Shown here: positions 34,438-44,296 of the stretch, one piece after another
How the letters are laid out: each line of letters begins with the position of its first letter
Position numbering within the stretch: position 1 is the first letter of the stretch
NCBI GenBank assembly: GCA_945881915.1
Contig: CAMCVW010000002.1
Coordinates: 84,676 to 148,675 of the forward strand
DNA from: Thermoflexus hugenholtzii JAD2
Lineage (GTDB): Bacteria > Chloroflexota > Chloroflexia > Chloroflexales > Roseiflexaceae
Length of the DNA: 64,000 nt
Direction of reading: 5' to 3'
Made by a program: the position numbers and the translations under genes
Notes under the pieces: model-generated
The model's database searches: none
Told to the model about the DNA's origin: nothing
The model's input: the letters and a program-made list of their open reading frames with translations, nothing else

Positions 34438-36876
34438 ATGACTGAATTGCATTTCGTACCTCCGATAAATGTGCCCACTACGCCCCTCGAAGCACCACAG
34501 ACACTCGCCGACAAATTACCCGTGTTCCGGCTCAGTGCGACGGTCATTTTGCCGTTCACGGTCATTTCGATCCCCTTGAACGATGAGTTTTCTGCCGTTG
34601 CAGAGGCGAGCAAAGCCCATGACCGGCATGTGTTGGTAGCCATCCGTGATCCCGAAAAACCTGACACGGACGATGAGGAACACCTCATCCCCATCGCCAC
34701 CTACGCCAAAATCGAGCAAGTTGGACGCCTCCCTGGCGGCAGCAACGGCATCATTCTGCGTGGCATCGGTCGATCGACGCTGTCGAATCTCGAGGTCGTC
34801 GACGAAATCGTCTGGTCGACCTACAACCCAGTTGTAGAACCATTCACCGAATCCGACGAATTCGCCGCACTCAAACTCGAAGTACACGCTGCCATTGATG
34901 CGGTGCTTGAACTCCGTGGCGACATCCCCCAAGAAATCCGCAACTTCGTGCGGAACATCGAAGACCCACGCCAACTTGCAGATAACACCGGCTATTCGCC
35001 CGAATACACCCTCGAGGAACGTATCAGCCTACTGACCACCATCGACGTAGCCGATCGGCTCCGGTTTGTGCGTGATTTCTATCGGAAGCAGATTACGCTG
35101 CTCGAAGTCCAGCAGCGCATCCGTTCCGAGGTCGAGGATGGCACCGCCAAGCAACAACGTGAGTTCTACTTGCGCCAGCAACTACGTGCCATCCAAAAGG
35201 AATTGGGCGAAGACACCGACAGCCTCGATGACATCGAAGAATTACGTACCCGGCTGGCTGAAGTCACCCTGCCCGATGCAGCCCGCAAGGAAGTCGACCG
35301 AGAACTGAGTCGCCTGCAACGTATCAGTAACAGTTCCCCTGAACATCAGGTCATCCGTACATACCTTGAATGGATGGCAGACCTCCCATGGGCCAAAATC
35401 AGTGGCGAAACCATCGACGTCGGCCACACCCGTGCTATCCTCGATGGTGATCACTACGGCCTGACCAAAGTCAAGGACCGGATTCTCGAATACCTCGCCG
35501 TGCGCCGCCGACGGAGCCTGCAACCCATCGAACCAGGCGAACGCAGTCGCGAGCCCATTCTGGCGTTGGTTGGCCCTCCTGGGGTCGGCAAAACGAGCCT
35601 CGGCCAATCGATTGCAAAGGCTCTCGGGCGCAGTTTTGTGCGCATGAGCCTCGGCGGCGTACGCGACGAAGCAGAATTACGCGGTTTCCGGCGTACCTAC
35701 ATCGGCTCGGCACCTGGTCGAATCATCCAAGAACTACGCCGTGCAGGTAGTGCAGACCCGGTCATTCTGCTGGACGAAATCGATAAGTTGGGGAACGACT
35801 ATCGTGGTGACCCTGCCTCCGCTCTGCTCGAGATTCTTGATCCCGAACAGAACAACACATTCACCGACCACTATCTCAATGTCCCTTTCGATTTGAGCAA
35901 AGTGTTCTTTATTGCTACTGCCAACACCATCGATACCATCCCGGCCCCGCTCCGTGATCGACTCGAAATTATCGAGCTCAGTAGCTACGTCGAAGACGAA
36001 AAACTCGCCATTGCCCAACAGCACCTCGTGCCCAAGCAGATGCGGGCCAACGCGTTGCTCGCCGAAGACGTCACCATCACCGAAGATGCACTCAAAGCCC
36101 TGATCCAGCAATACACGCGTGAATCCGGCGTCCGCGGCCTTGAACGCCAAGTAGGCAATGCGATGCGCAAAGTCGCCCGTTTGTTGGAAGAGACCCCAGA
36201 CGCCACGCGCCCGGTCGTGGTCGACCGTGCCTGGCTGACCAATGCCATCGGGCAACCGCGCTTCTTTGCCGAAGACCGTGAACACATTGCACAACCCGGC
36301 ATATCGACCGGCCTCGTCTGGACCGCAGTCGGCGGCGACATCATCTATGTCGAAGCAGCCATGATGCTGGGCAGTAAAGAATTGCGTATCACCGGACAAC
36401 TGGGCGATGTCATGCGCGAAAGCGCCGAGGCAGCATTGACCTGTATCCGTACCCGTAGTCAAGCATTGGGCATCGAAGCAAATTTCTTCGACACCCGTTC
36501 ACTGCATATCCACGTCCCAGGCGGGGCTGTTCCCAAAGATGGGCCGTCCGCCGGTATCACGATGGCTTCGGCCCTGGCATCTGCTGCCACCGGGCGGATC
36601 GTCCGTGACGACGTCGCGATGACAGGCGAGATTACGCTGCGCGGCCGTGTCCTACCCGTTGGTGGTATCCGCGAAAAGGTCCTGGGTGCATTCCGTGCCG
36701 GCATCACCACCATTGTCCTGCCGCGTCGCAATGCCATTGATGTCGAGGAAGTTCCGGCTGAAGTGCGTGCGCAGCTGACCATTATCCCGGTCGATACGAT
36801 CGATGAAGTGTTGGCAAATGTGCTCATGCCCAGCCCCGAGGCAACCATTGCGGTCAAATCGTACGCCATGCTCTAG
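34438..36876 (+). CDS. lon: ATP-dependent Lon protease (LonA type)
   Basis: Track ORF 34345..36876. ATG 34438 starts MTELHFVPP. Walker A GPPGVGKTSLGQSIA, catalytic Ser in PKDGPSAGITMASAL, and an N-terminal LON substrate-binding domain. Confidence 0.95.
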   Translation: MTELHFVPPINVPTTPLEAPQTLADKLPVFRLSATVILPFTVISIPLNDEFSAVAEASKAHDRHVLVAIRDPEKPDTDDEEHLIPIATYAKIEQVGRLPGGSNGIILRGIGRSTLSNLEVVDEIVWSTYNPVVEPFTESDEFAALKLEVHAAIDAVLELRGDIPQEIRNFVRNIEDPRQLADNTGYSPEYTLEERISLLTTIDVADRLRFVRDFYRKQITLLEVQQRIRSEVEDGTAKQQREFYLRQQLRAIQKELGEDTDSLDDIEELRTRLAEVTLPDAARKEVDRELSRLQRISNSSPEHQVIRTYLEWMADLPWAKISGETIDVGHTRAILDGDHYGLTKVKDRILEYLAVRRRRSLQPIEPGERSREPILALVGPPGVGKTSLGQSIAKALGRSFVRMSLGGVRDEAELRGFRRTYIGSAPGRIIQELRRAGSADPVILLDEIDKLGNDYRGDPASALLEILDPEQNNTFTDHYLNVPFDLSKVFFIATANTIDTIPAPLRDRLEIIELSSYVEDEKLAIAQQHLVPKQMRANALLAEDVTITEDALKALIQQYTRESGVRGLERQVGNAMRKVARLLEETPDATRPVVVDRAWLTNAIGQPRFFAEDREHIAQPGISTGLVWTAVGGDIIYVEAAMMLGSKELRITGQLGDVMRESAEAALTCIRTRSQALGIEANFFDTRSLHIHVPGGAVPKDGPSAGITMASALASAATGRIVRDDVAMTGEITLRGRVLPVGGIREKVLGAFRAGITTIVLPRRNAIDVEEVPAEVRAQLTIIPVDTIDEVLANVLMPSPEATIAVKSYAML

Positions 36877-36894
36877 CTCTAAGTAACCGGTACG

Positions 36895-36929
36895 AAATCA
36901 CCCCGGCGCAATGCGCCGGGGTGATTTTT
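36895..36929. terminator. Bidirectional intrinsic terminator (lon / DUF1232 gene)
   Basis: 16-bp stem AAATCACCCCGGCGCA / TGCGCCGGGGTGATTT, with a T-run on plus and an A-run upstream. Confidence 0.8.
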
Positions 36930-36962
36930 AACTATTGCACGGCTTCGTCAAGCGACTCGCAA

Positions 36963-37232
36963 CTATGATTTTGGCGAAACATCTCGGGGTGGAACAAACG
37001 TCGAATCGCGTTGCTTCCGCCATTCATTTATTGCCCAAATGAGCAACGCCGTTGCTCCTGCTTCGTCCAAATTCCCAATCAACGGGATGTTATCAGGAAT
37101 GAATTCGATGAATCCTGCTGTGGGATTGATGATGTATACAATGCTAAACAAAATCGACAACACGATGACGGGAATGGGTATGTTCTTTGGAGGCTGCATG
37201 TCAGGCCTTTCAATGATGGTATTCGGCAACAC
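36963..37232 (-). CDS. DUF1232 (YkvA-like) small membrane protein
   Basis: FIPDNIPLIGNLDEAGA matches the DUF1232 signature (IPD.IP.IG.LDD). There is one TM helix upstream of the motif. Confidence 0.65.
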   Translation of the reverse strand: MLPNTIIERPDMQPPKNIPIPVIVLSILFSIVYIINPTAGFIEFIPDNIPLIGNLDEAGATALLIWAINEWRKQRDSTFVPPRDVSPKS

Positions 37233-37309
37233 GAGACTGACGTAGCAATCCGGCGAAAGGTTGCAAAATTCCGTTATACTACACTCATTCGTAGTCAGTG
37301 AGGTTGTTC

Positions 37310-38023
37310 ATGGACATGTCCAAGCAGCGGGTATTAGTGATTTTTGCACATCCAGATGACCCGGAATTCATGGTTGGCGGTACCATCGCAAAATGGACGC
37401 GCGAAGGTGCGCGCGCAGATTATGTCATCATCACAGACGGCAGCGCAGGAAGCAATGACCCAAACATGACGCGTGAAGCGCTCGTGTCTATCCGACAAGC
37501 AGAACAACGCGGCGCATGTGATGTGGCGGGGGTGTCTGACTTGATTTTCCTTGGTTATCAGGACGGCATGTTGCAGCCAACAATCGAACTCAGACGAGAG
37601 TTGACACGACTGATTCGCCGCTACAAACCAACATTAGTCGTCTGTGGTGATCCGACTTCTTGGTACTATGGGAATACATATCTCAATCACGCTGATCACA
37701 GGGCTGCAGCAGTAGCAGCGCTCGAGGCAGTCTTTCCGAGTGCCGAGACCCGTCCTATCTTCCGTGAATTACTCGACGAAGGGCTCGAGCCGCATAAAGT
37801 GCACCAGGTCTGGATTACCGGGGCTGCGACGCCCGATACATGGGTAGATATTAGTCAGGACTTCGAGACGAAGCTCGACGCGCTCCGTCACCACAAAAGC
37901 CAGGTCGAAGTAGGCGACGGTGCATTCATACGCCAATGGGCTGCAGAAGACGGGAAGGCAGCGGCTATCGCATTGGCCGAAAGTTTTCGAGTGATGAAGC
38001 TCCACACCGAGGAGCCTGCATGA
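37310..38023 (+). CDS. PIG-L/LmbE family N-acetylglucosaminyl deacetylase
   Basis: Track ORF 37298..38023. Motifs VLVIFAHPDDPEFMVGGT and HADHRAAA. Confidence 0.8.
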   Translation: MDMSKQRVLVIFAHPDDPEFMVGGTIAKWTREGARADYVIITDGSAGSNDPNMTREALVSIRQAEQRGACDVAGVSDLIFLGYQDGMLQPTIELRRELTRLIRRYKPTLVVCGDPTSWYYGNTYLNHADHRAAAVAALEAVFPSAETRPIFRELLDEGLEPHKVHQVWITGAATPDTWVDISQDFETKLDALRHHKSQVEVGDGAFIRQWAAEDGKAAAIALAESFRVMKLHTEEPA

Positions 38024-38583
38024 CCACGTCATTCCGGAGCCAAATCGAAGCCACTCAACAGCTCATGACGGACATGCTCACTCATAGCGTCGTCGTCGAG
38101 TCAATCGCAACAATCATTGCCGAGGCGGTGCTTACCAACCACACCCTCTATACGTGCGGCAACGGAGGGAGTGCCGCAGATGCCGGCCATTTTGCTGAGG
38201 AACTCTCGGGGCGCTACCGTAGTAATCGCCGGGCATTGCCGGCCCTTTCGCTCAGCATCGATGCACTCGCGATGAGCTGTATCGCTAACGATTTCGGGTA
38301 TGAACAGGTGTTTGCACGCCAAATCGAAGCACACGGCAAATCAGGTGATGTACTCGTTGCGTTCAGCACCAGCGGGAACTCACAGAGCATCATTAATGCA
38401 CTCAGCGTCGCCCGTAGCCGCAACATGACGACCATTGCACTGCTCGGCAAGGGCGGCGGCACGGCACGTGGAATGGCCGATTTTGAACTCATCGTACCCT
38501 CTAACGATTCTGGTCGCACCCAAGAAATGCACATCCAAATTGTCCATTTTGTGTGTGAGGTCATTGAACTGCGGTGTCTGTAA
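38020..38583 (+). CDS. gmhA: D-sedoheptulose-7-phosphate isomerase (SIS domain)
   Basis: Track ORF 37936..38583. ATG 38020 forms an ATGA overlap with the PIG-L gene. Motifs CGNGGSAADAGHFAEEL, FSTSGNS and QEMHI. Confidence 0.8.
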   Translation: MTTSFRSQIEATQQLMTDMLTHSVVVESIATIIAEAVLTNHTLYTCGNGGSAADAGHFAEELSGRYRSNRRALPALSLSIDALAMSCIANDFGYEQVFARQIEAHGKSGDVLVAFSTSGNSQSIINALSVARSRNMTTIALLGKGGGTARGMADFELIVPSNDSGRTQEMHIQIVHFVCEVIELRCL

Positions 38584-39776
38584 CACGACGTCACTTTCTG
38601 AAAACCATTGCTGGAGGAACCACAGCACTGCTTGCAAGTTGCACTGCCAGCCCGAGTTCGTGGCTTCCAAATGCGGCACCCGCGGTACTCAGTGCACGCG
38701 AATTGGTTGTTTGGACAACAAGCTATGGCATAGACACTGCAGTGGCACGCTGGCGGGGCGCACATCCTCGTCAACCAGTGACACGGCGCATGCTGAGTCC
38801 TACCGAATTGTCACGGTGGTTACGCGAGGTCCAAAACGATCAACGGGCATGCCCCGATGCGGTCGTCAGTGATGCAACCACCATCGCTGAATGGCACCTG
38901 AGTGGCCTGTGGCGTCAACTCGACGCGAGCCCCGCTCCAGAGAGTTTCCATGTCGGCATCGGGCGTATCCATACAACAAGCAAACTCGGGGCGCGTTACG
39001 CCATTCCCCTGGCGGTGAATCCCATTGGCGCGTGGTATTCTCAGGCAATCATGGCAACAATTCTGCCGGATTCCGACCCAACACAAGTCGCTATTGCTTT
39101 GGGCAAAGATTCCCAGGCGTTCCAAGCTTTTCTGAATCGCGCTTCCACCGCGCTGTCAGATGGCCCCCTGTTGAGTAGCACGCTGGATGACTTCCTCATT
39201 CCCAATCTCGAACACGCATTGATGCAGAACACAGACCTCTCGCAACAATGGCAAACCCAATTAGAGCAATCAGCGCACACGCTGCAAAAAGCACAATTGA
39301 GTGCAGGTGAGCGGCATTTTTCGGGTAACTGGTACAAATCTATCACACACGAACACACAGGACTCATCATCGCTGGCAGGTGGATGAAAACCGCACTCAT
39401 GCGGGCAGTAGGCGAATCGACCAGCACATGGCGCGTGTGTGAACCTGCGGGTGGATTTATTGCTGGCCCCAGTCTTGTCTGTGCAATCCCCGATCGCTCC
39501 AATCAACCAGAGCCGGCTATTGCGTTCGCCACGGACTTTGCTTCGGATCTCGATCTCCAACTCCTGCTCTGTGAAGGCACGGGCACCGTTCCAACACTTA
39601 TCGCGGCCCATCAATATGCCCCATTCGTTGGTCCAGATGGGTTTTGTGGCGGACAATCGGTCGGTGAATTATGGTGCACGGCAGCCACAAATCTCAACGC
39701 CGTTGCGCTCACACCCGAACGCATCGAACAACGCCGCCGCATACGCACCGCATTGATTGCAGCCGTCAGACCATAA
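38574..39776 (+). CDS. Tat-signal lipoprotein, divergent family-1 extracellular solute-binding protein (orphan, no cognate permeases)
   Basis: GTG start overlaps the gmhA end by 10 nt. MSVTRRHFLKTIAGGTTALLASC carries a twin-Arg motif and a lipobox. SBP-like landmarks ELVVWTT, CPDAVVSD and GARYAIPLAVNPIGAWY. Confidence 0.5.
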   Translation: MSVTRRHFLKTIAGGTTALLASCTASPSSWLPNAAPAVLSARELVVWTTSYGIDTAVARWRGAHPRQPVTRRMLSPTELSRWLREVQNDQRACPDAVVSDATTIAEWHLSGLWRQLDASPAPESFHVGIGRIHTTSKLGARYAIPLAVNPIGAWYSQAIMATILPDSDPTQVAIALGKDSQAFQAFLNRASTALSDGPLLSSTLDDFLIPNLEHALMQNTDLSQQWQTQLEQSAHTLQKAQLSAGERHFSGNWYKSITHEHTGLIIAGRWMKTALMRAVGESTSTWRVCEPAGGFIAGPSLVCAIPDRSNQPEPAIAFATDFASDLDLQLLLCEGTGTVPTLIAAHQYAPFVGPDGFCGGQSVGELWCTAATNLNAVALTPERIEQRRRIRTALIAAVRP

Positions 39777-40751
39777 ATAGCTGCTCCCGGCAATGATTTG
39801 CCACAGTTGTGTGCCTGTCTGCTGGTTGGGCAGACATTCAACGTGTACTCATTCTGCCTCAGAGCTTTTGCTGTGACGTTGCGCTCATGTTTTGACAGCC
39901 CTGTGCGCACGCACCACTGACCGCACAGCACATTGATCGCTTTTTTGCCTCAAACAAATATCTCTGCACACCTATTAAATCCAGGTAATTTGTATCGTCC
40001 CAGCTCCCATTCACGTGCAGATACTCGTTTGAGGATCGTCCAGCACAGGAATGCGGGAATTATAGAAACTGCTCATACGCATGATTTGCACAGCGTTTAT
40101 CTACTCGTTCCATGAAAGTGTTTTGGTTGTGTTATTCCAGAGTTGTTGCACGCAACTCCCACTGTGAGTCTCCTGCGAGAGACATACGGTGAATTCATTG
40201 CAGAGGCAGCAGGCAGATATATTGCTTACACGCTCAGTATAGGTGGGTTCGACAGAATCAACCAAAACAATGGCATTGAAAAGTACAGGGGTGAGACGCG
40301 AGAATATCTTCTGCCGTAATAAACGGAAAAAATATCTTCTTTTTCGTGAATATTTCTTTTTTTCTCTTTTCATACAATAAAAATCTCTAAAATCATGGGT
40401 TTTGGACAACTGTGAAACGAACCCACGGGAGACCGTGTACACATGAGCTATGCTTCACAAAAACGCACGCACGCATGTCATCGTTCGGTTATTCCATTGG
40501 AAAGGATTTTTCAGTTGAAAATGCGCTCATACACGAATCTTCGTTCCAAAGACGAAAAATACGGCTGCAGTCATCTGGGGAAATCTTTTATCTGTAGAAT
40601 GCGTAAACATTCGTAACACTGACATCCCAATGAGACAGCCATCAGATTCATGGCATGTTGCACGCCGAGAATGCAGAGTCATCAAATCTGTTCAATATTT
40701 TCTCCTCATCTCTCATTACCGTCAACGAATCCTGCGAATAAATTCACATGT

Positions 40752-40779
40752 TTGACAAACGAAAATACTTCTCTATAAT
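40752..40779 (+). promoter_or_regulatory. Consensus sigma-70 promoter of the sugar ABC operon
   Basis: TTGACA (40752-40757), 16 nt, TATAAT (40774-40779). Both hexamers are perfect. Confidence 0.65.
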
Positions 40780-40783
40780 CTAG

Positions 40784-40809
40784 ATATCACCAAAGTTGCA
40801 AGTTGATAT
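40784..40809. promoter_or_regulatory. Candidate repressor operator just downstream of the -10 box
   Basis: Inverted repeat ATATCA-N14-TGATAT. The spacer contains the direct repeat AAGTTGC-AAGTTGA. Confidence 0.4.
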
Positions 40810-40935
40810 TGTGCGGAAGCCCATACAGTGCAGAAGCGCAATCGCTTACATCGTGGTGAAAATTCTCTCGTAGGTATGGCCGATCCATACCGGCAACTCT
40901 TCGGAGTTGTTTCTTCCAATGGAGGAGGATCCATC

Positions 40936-42288
40936 ATGGCGATGAATGACAAATCCCTTTCGCGTCGTCGGTTCTTGCGGCTTGCAGCCGCAGGCCTCGG
41001 TGCGGCAGGTGCAGCCGGCGTTTTGGCTGCTTGTGGTGGCGCTGCAACTGGTGATGCACCAGCCGCAGAAGCACCAGCCGAAGGCAACAAAGTTGTCGTC
41101 GACTTGACGTTCTGGTGGTGGGATGGCAACGGTCAAATTTGGGCTGACGAGTACAACAAGTTGAACCGTGGCGCCAAGGTGACCTTCGTCAACACCCCGT
41201 TCGCAGACTCACACGACAAGTTGCTGACGTCCTTTGCATCGGGTTCCGGTGCACCAGACATCGCATCTCTCGAAATCGGTCGCGTCGGCGGTTTCACCGC
41301 CAAGGGCGGCTTGGCCGACCTCAAGGCTGCCCCATTCGATGGTGGCAAGTATGAGAAGGACATGGTCAAGTACAAGTGGACCCAAGGCTCCACTGCTGAC
41401 GGTCGTTTGGTTGCCATGCCATGGGACATCGGTCCTGCCGGCGTTTGGTACCGCGCCGACATCATGGAGAAGTTGGGCCTCCCAACCGAACCAGAAGCCA
41501 TCGAAGAGATGATTTCACACACCAAGGGCAAGACTTGGGAAGACTTCTTCGCACTAGCTCAGACCGTCAAGGAAAAGAGCGGCGGCAAAATCAAGCTGGT
41601 CGCTGACGCCGGTACCGACGTCTACGGTGGCGCACTCCGCCAAGGTGGCGAAGGCTACTTCGAAGGCATGAAAGTGTTGATCGAAGAAAAGGCAACCCGC
41701 CCAGCTCAACTGGCTGCTGACTTCCGCAAGCAAGAGCTCGACGCCAACATTGGTTGGTGGGGCGCTGACTGGGCCGCAGGCGTCAAAAACGACGCATTCG
41801 CAGCCATGGTCATTGCTTGTTGGATGCAAGGTGGTTTGACCAAGGACCAGCCACAAACAATCGGGAAGTGGCGCGTTGTGCCCGCTCCTGAAGCCAGCTA
41901 CAACTGGGGTGGTTCGTTCTGTGCCATTCCTGAGCAGGGCAAGAACATCGAAATGGCATGGGACTTCGTGCAGTGGGCTTGCTGTTCCGCAGAAGGTCAG
42001 AACGCAATGTTCAAGCCAACCGGTGTTTTCCCAGCGTACAAGCCAGCATGGGCTGACCCATTGTACGACGAGCCACAGGACTTCTTCGGTGGACAGCGCA
42101 CGTTCCGCGTTTGGGGCGACATCGCCGACAACGTGGCATCGATTTCCCGCAGTCCATACGACCTGCAAGCAGACGACATCGTGAATGCAGAAATTGCAAA
42201 AGTGCTCGTCGAAGGCAAGGACCCCGTCCAAGCCATGAAGGATGCAGAAGCCGCAGCCCTCAAGGCAATCGAAGGCGCAACCCCGTAA
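40936..42288 (+). CDS. CUT1-family sugar ABC transporter substrate-binding lipoprotein
   Basis: Track ORF 40828..42288. ATG 40936 follows GGAGGAGGA. Tat signal and lipobox in SRRRFLRLAAAGLGAAGAAGVLAACGG. Typical family-1 SBP body. Confidence 0.85.
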   Translation: MAMNDKSLSRRRFLRLAAAGLGAAGAAGVLAACGGAATGDAPAAEAPAEGNKVVVDLTFWWWDGNGQIWADEYNKLNRGAKVTFVNTPFADSHDKLLTSFASGSGAPDIASLEIGRVGGFTAKGGLADLKAAPFDGGKYEKDMVKYKWTQGSTADGRLVAMPWDIGPAGVWYRADIMEKLGLPTEPEAIEEMISHTKGKTWEDFFALAQTVKEKSGGKIKLVADAGTDVYGGALRQGGEGYFEGMKVLIEEKATRPAQLAADFRKQELDANIGWWGADWAAGVKNDAFAAMVIACWMQGGLTKDQPQTIGKWRVVPAPEASYNWGGSFCAIPEQGKNIEMAWDFVQWACCSAEGQNAMFKPTGVFPAYKPAWADPLYDEPQDFFGGQRTFRVWGDIADNVASISRSPYDLQADDIVNAEIAKVLVEGKDPVQAMKDAEAAALKAIEGATP

Positions 42289-42370
42289 TCCACGTCTCAC
42301 CTCCGCCGGAGTGGCAGTTTTGCCACTCCGGCGTGTCATTCGATAAACCCTTACAACATGCGAGGTGCAC

Positions 42371-43408
42371 ATGGCTTCTTCGTCATTCTCGTTGGCGGAA
42401 CGTTCGGCGCAAGATCGACGTACCCGACAAAAGGAAGCAAAACGCAATGCGTGGGCATACGTCTTCGTAAGCCCGTTCTATTTACTGTATGCTATCTTTG
42501 GATTTTTTCCCTTGGCGTATGGCCTCTGGCTTTCACTCCACACATGGGACGGCATTTCCCCGATGGAATGGGTTGGGTTCAACAATTACATCAAATTGAT
42601 CACCGTCGACGAACTCTGGTGGAAGGCAATTTACAACACCATCTGGTTGTTTGTGGTTGCTACTATCCCCCAATTGACGCTCGCTCTCGGTCTGGCATTT
42701 ATCGTCAATAGCGGGTATGTACGATTTAAAGATTTTTTTCGCGCTGCATATTTTATGCCATTCGTCGCATCTGCTGTTGCAGTGGGCATTCTCTTCACTT
42801 CGATGTTCGGCAACCAATACGGCATGATCAATTTCGCCCTCACTGCACTCGGGCTAACACAATTTCTTACTGATCCCACCGGCGAATGTTACAAATGGGC
42901 CTTCGAAAGCAACAACATGGGTTGCGTCATTAACTGGCTCAATTCAGCGATGTGGCTCAAGCCATCGATTGCTTTAATTGTGATTTGGCAATGGACCGGC
43001 TATTCAATGATTATCTTCCTTGCCGGATTGCAATCCATTAATCTTGAACTTTATGAGGCTGCACGTGTTGACGGTGCAAGCACATGGGACATTTTTCTCA
43101 AAATCACCATGCCACTGTTGCAAGGCGTTATTCTCTTCCAAGTTGTCACTTCCATTATCGGGGCGATGCAAAACTTCGATATACCCGTTATGCTCGCAGG
43201 CGGTACACAATCATCAGCACCAGGCGGCACCGACCAATCTGGTCTCACCGCCATGATGCAACTCTACTGGTCGGCATTTAAATACAACACAGGGTCGAAA
43301 AGTGGATTCGGCTATGCTTCGGCAATGTCGTTCATCCTGTTTATGATCATCGTGGTCTTTTCGTTCACATACAACCGTGCCAACGGTCAGAACCCGACGG
43401 AGGACTAA
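42371..43408 (+). CDS. Sugar ABC transporter permease (MalF/UgpA-like)
   Basis: Six TM segments. EAA loop LYEAARVDGASTWDIFLKITMPLL. Confidence 0.85.
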   Translation: MASSSFSLAERSAQDRRTRQKEAKRNAWAYVFVSPFYLLYAIFGFFPLAYGLWLSLHTWDGISPMEWVGFNNYIKLITVDELWWKAIYNTIWLFVVATIPQLTLALGLAFIVNSGYVRFKDFFRAAYFMPFVASAVAVGILFTSMFGNQYGMINFALTALGLTQFLTDPTGECYKWAFESNNMGCVINWLNSAMWLKPSIALIVIWQWTGYSMIIFLAGLQSINLELYEAARVDGASTWDIFLKITMPLLQGVILFQVVTSIIGAMQNFDIPVMLAGGTQSSAPGGTDQSGLTAMMQLYWSAFKYNTGSKSGFGYASAMSFILFMIIVVFSFTYNRANGQNPTED

Positions 43409-43409
43409 G

Positions 43410-44285
43410 ATGGCCACTACAACGGTAGCTCGTAACCGGGGGAACCGTGACCGGTTGGGCAGCCCTATCACGATGAGCCTCATGTACGTCTTTTTGACGA
43501 TGTTTGCGCTGGTCTCGGCATTCCCGTTTTATTACATGTTGGTCACATCAACATACCGCACCAAAGACATTTTGGTCATCCCGCCACCTATTTGGTTCGG
43601 CGATGCTTGGATGGTGAACTACAACCAGCTCCTCGAAAAGGGAAGCTTGCCGTACTTCTGGACCGCGGTTACGAACAGCCTGTCGATTGCATCGTTTCAC
43701 ACCATCGCAGTGCTTTTCTTCTGCTCATTGGCAGGCTATGGGTTCGCCAAATTCCGTTTCCCCGGCCGTGACGCGATGTTCGCATTCCTCATCGCGACGT
43801 TGATGGTGCCTGGTGCGCTTGGTTTGATCCCATCATTTATCGTGATGCGCTATCTGGGGTGGATCGAGACATGGTACCCCCTGATTGTCCCCGGTATGGC
43901 AAACGCATTCGGGATCTTCTGGATGCGCCAGTATATCGAGAGCGCTATCCCGAACGACATGATGGATGCCGCTCGTATTGACGGCGCAAACGAATTCCGT
44001 ATCTACTGGGGCATCGTTTTGCCGGTCATCACCCCCGCGCTCGGCGCGTTGGCTATTTTAACGTTCATGGGTAAGTGGAACGAATTCCAATTCCCATTAC
44101 TCATCCTCAAAGATCAGGCTACCTACACCCTCCCGGTGGCACTCAGCACCCTCCGTTCGCTCCGTGGCACCGAAATAGGCGTGCAAATCCTGGGGGCGAG
44201 CATCGCCATCATCCCAATCCTCATCGTCTTCATCCTCGCATCCCGTCAATTCATGGCAGGACTCACTGCAGGGTCAGTCAAGTAA
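43410..44285 (+). CDS. Sugar ABC transporter permease (MalG/UgpE-like)
   Basis: Track ORF 43377..44285. ATG 43410 lies 1 nt after the upstream TAA, with GGAGGA upstream. EAA loop MMDAARIDGANEFRIYWGIVLPV. Confidence 0.85.
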   Translation: MATTTVARNRGNRDRLGSPITMSLMYVFLTMFALVSAFPFYYMLVTSTYRTKDILVIPPPIWFGDAWMVNYNQLLEKGSLPYFWTAVTNSLSIASFHTIAVLFFCSLAGYGFAKFRFPGRDAMFAFLIATLMVPGALGLIPSFIVMRYLGWIETWYPLIVPGMANAFGIFWMRQYIESAIPNDMMDAARIDGANEFRIYWGIVLPVITPALGALAILTFMGKWNEFQFPLLILKDQATYTLPVALSTLRSLRGTEIGVQILGASIAIIPILIVFILASRQFMAGLTAGSVK

Positions 44286-44296
44286 TTCAGGGCGCA

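Noticed and set aside
40101-40442. 113-aa minus-strand ORF, together with the 60-61-aa ORFs at 39933..40115 and 40412..40597, in the AT-rich gap
   Set aside because: Composition looks non-coding: K/R runs derived from a poly-pyrimidine tract, and many Cys. There is no SD and no recognisable motif, and the ORFs overlap each other on both strands.
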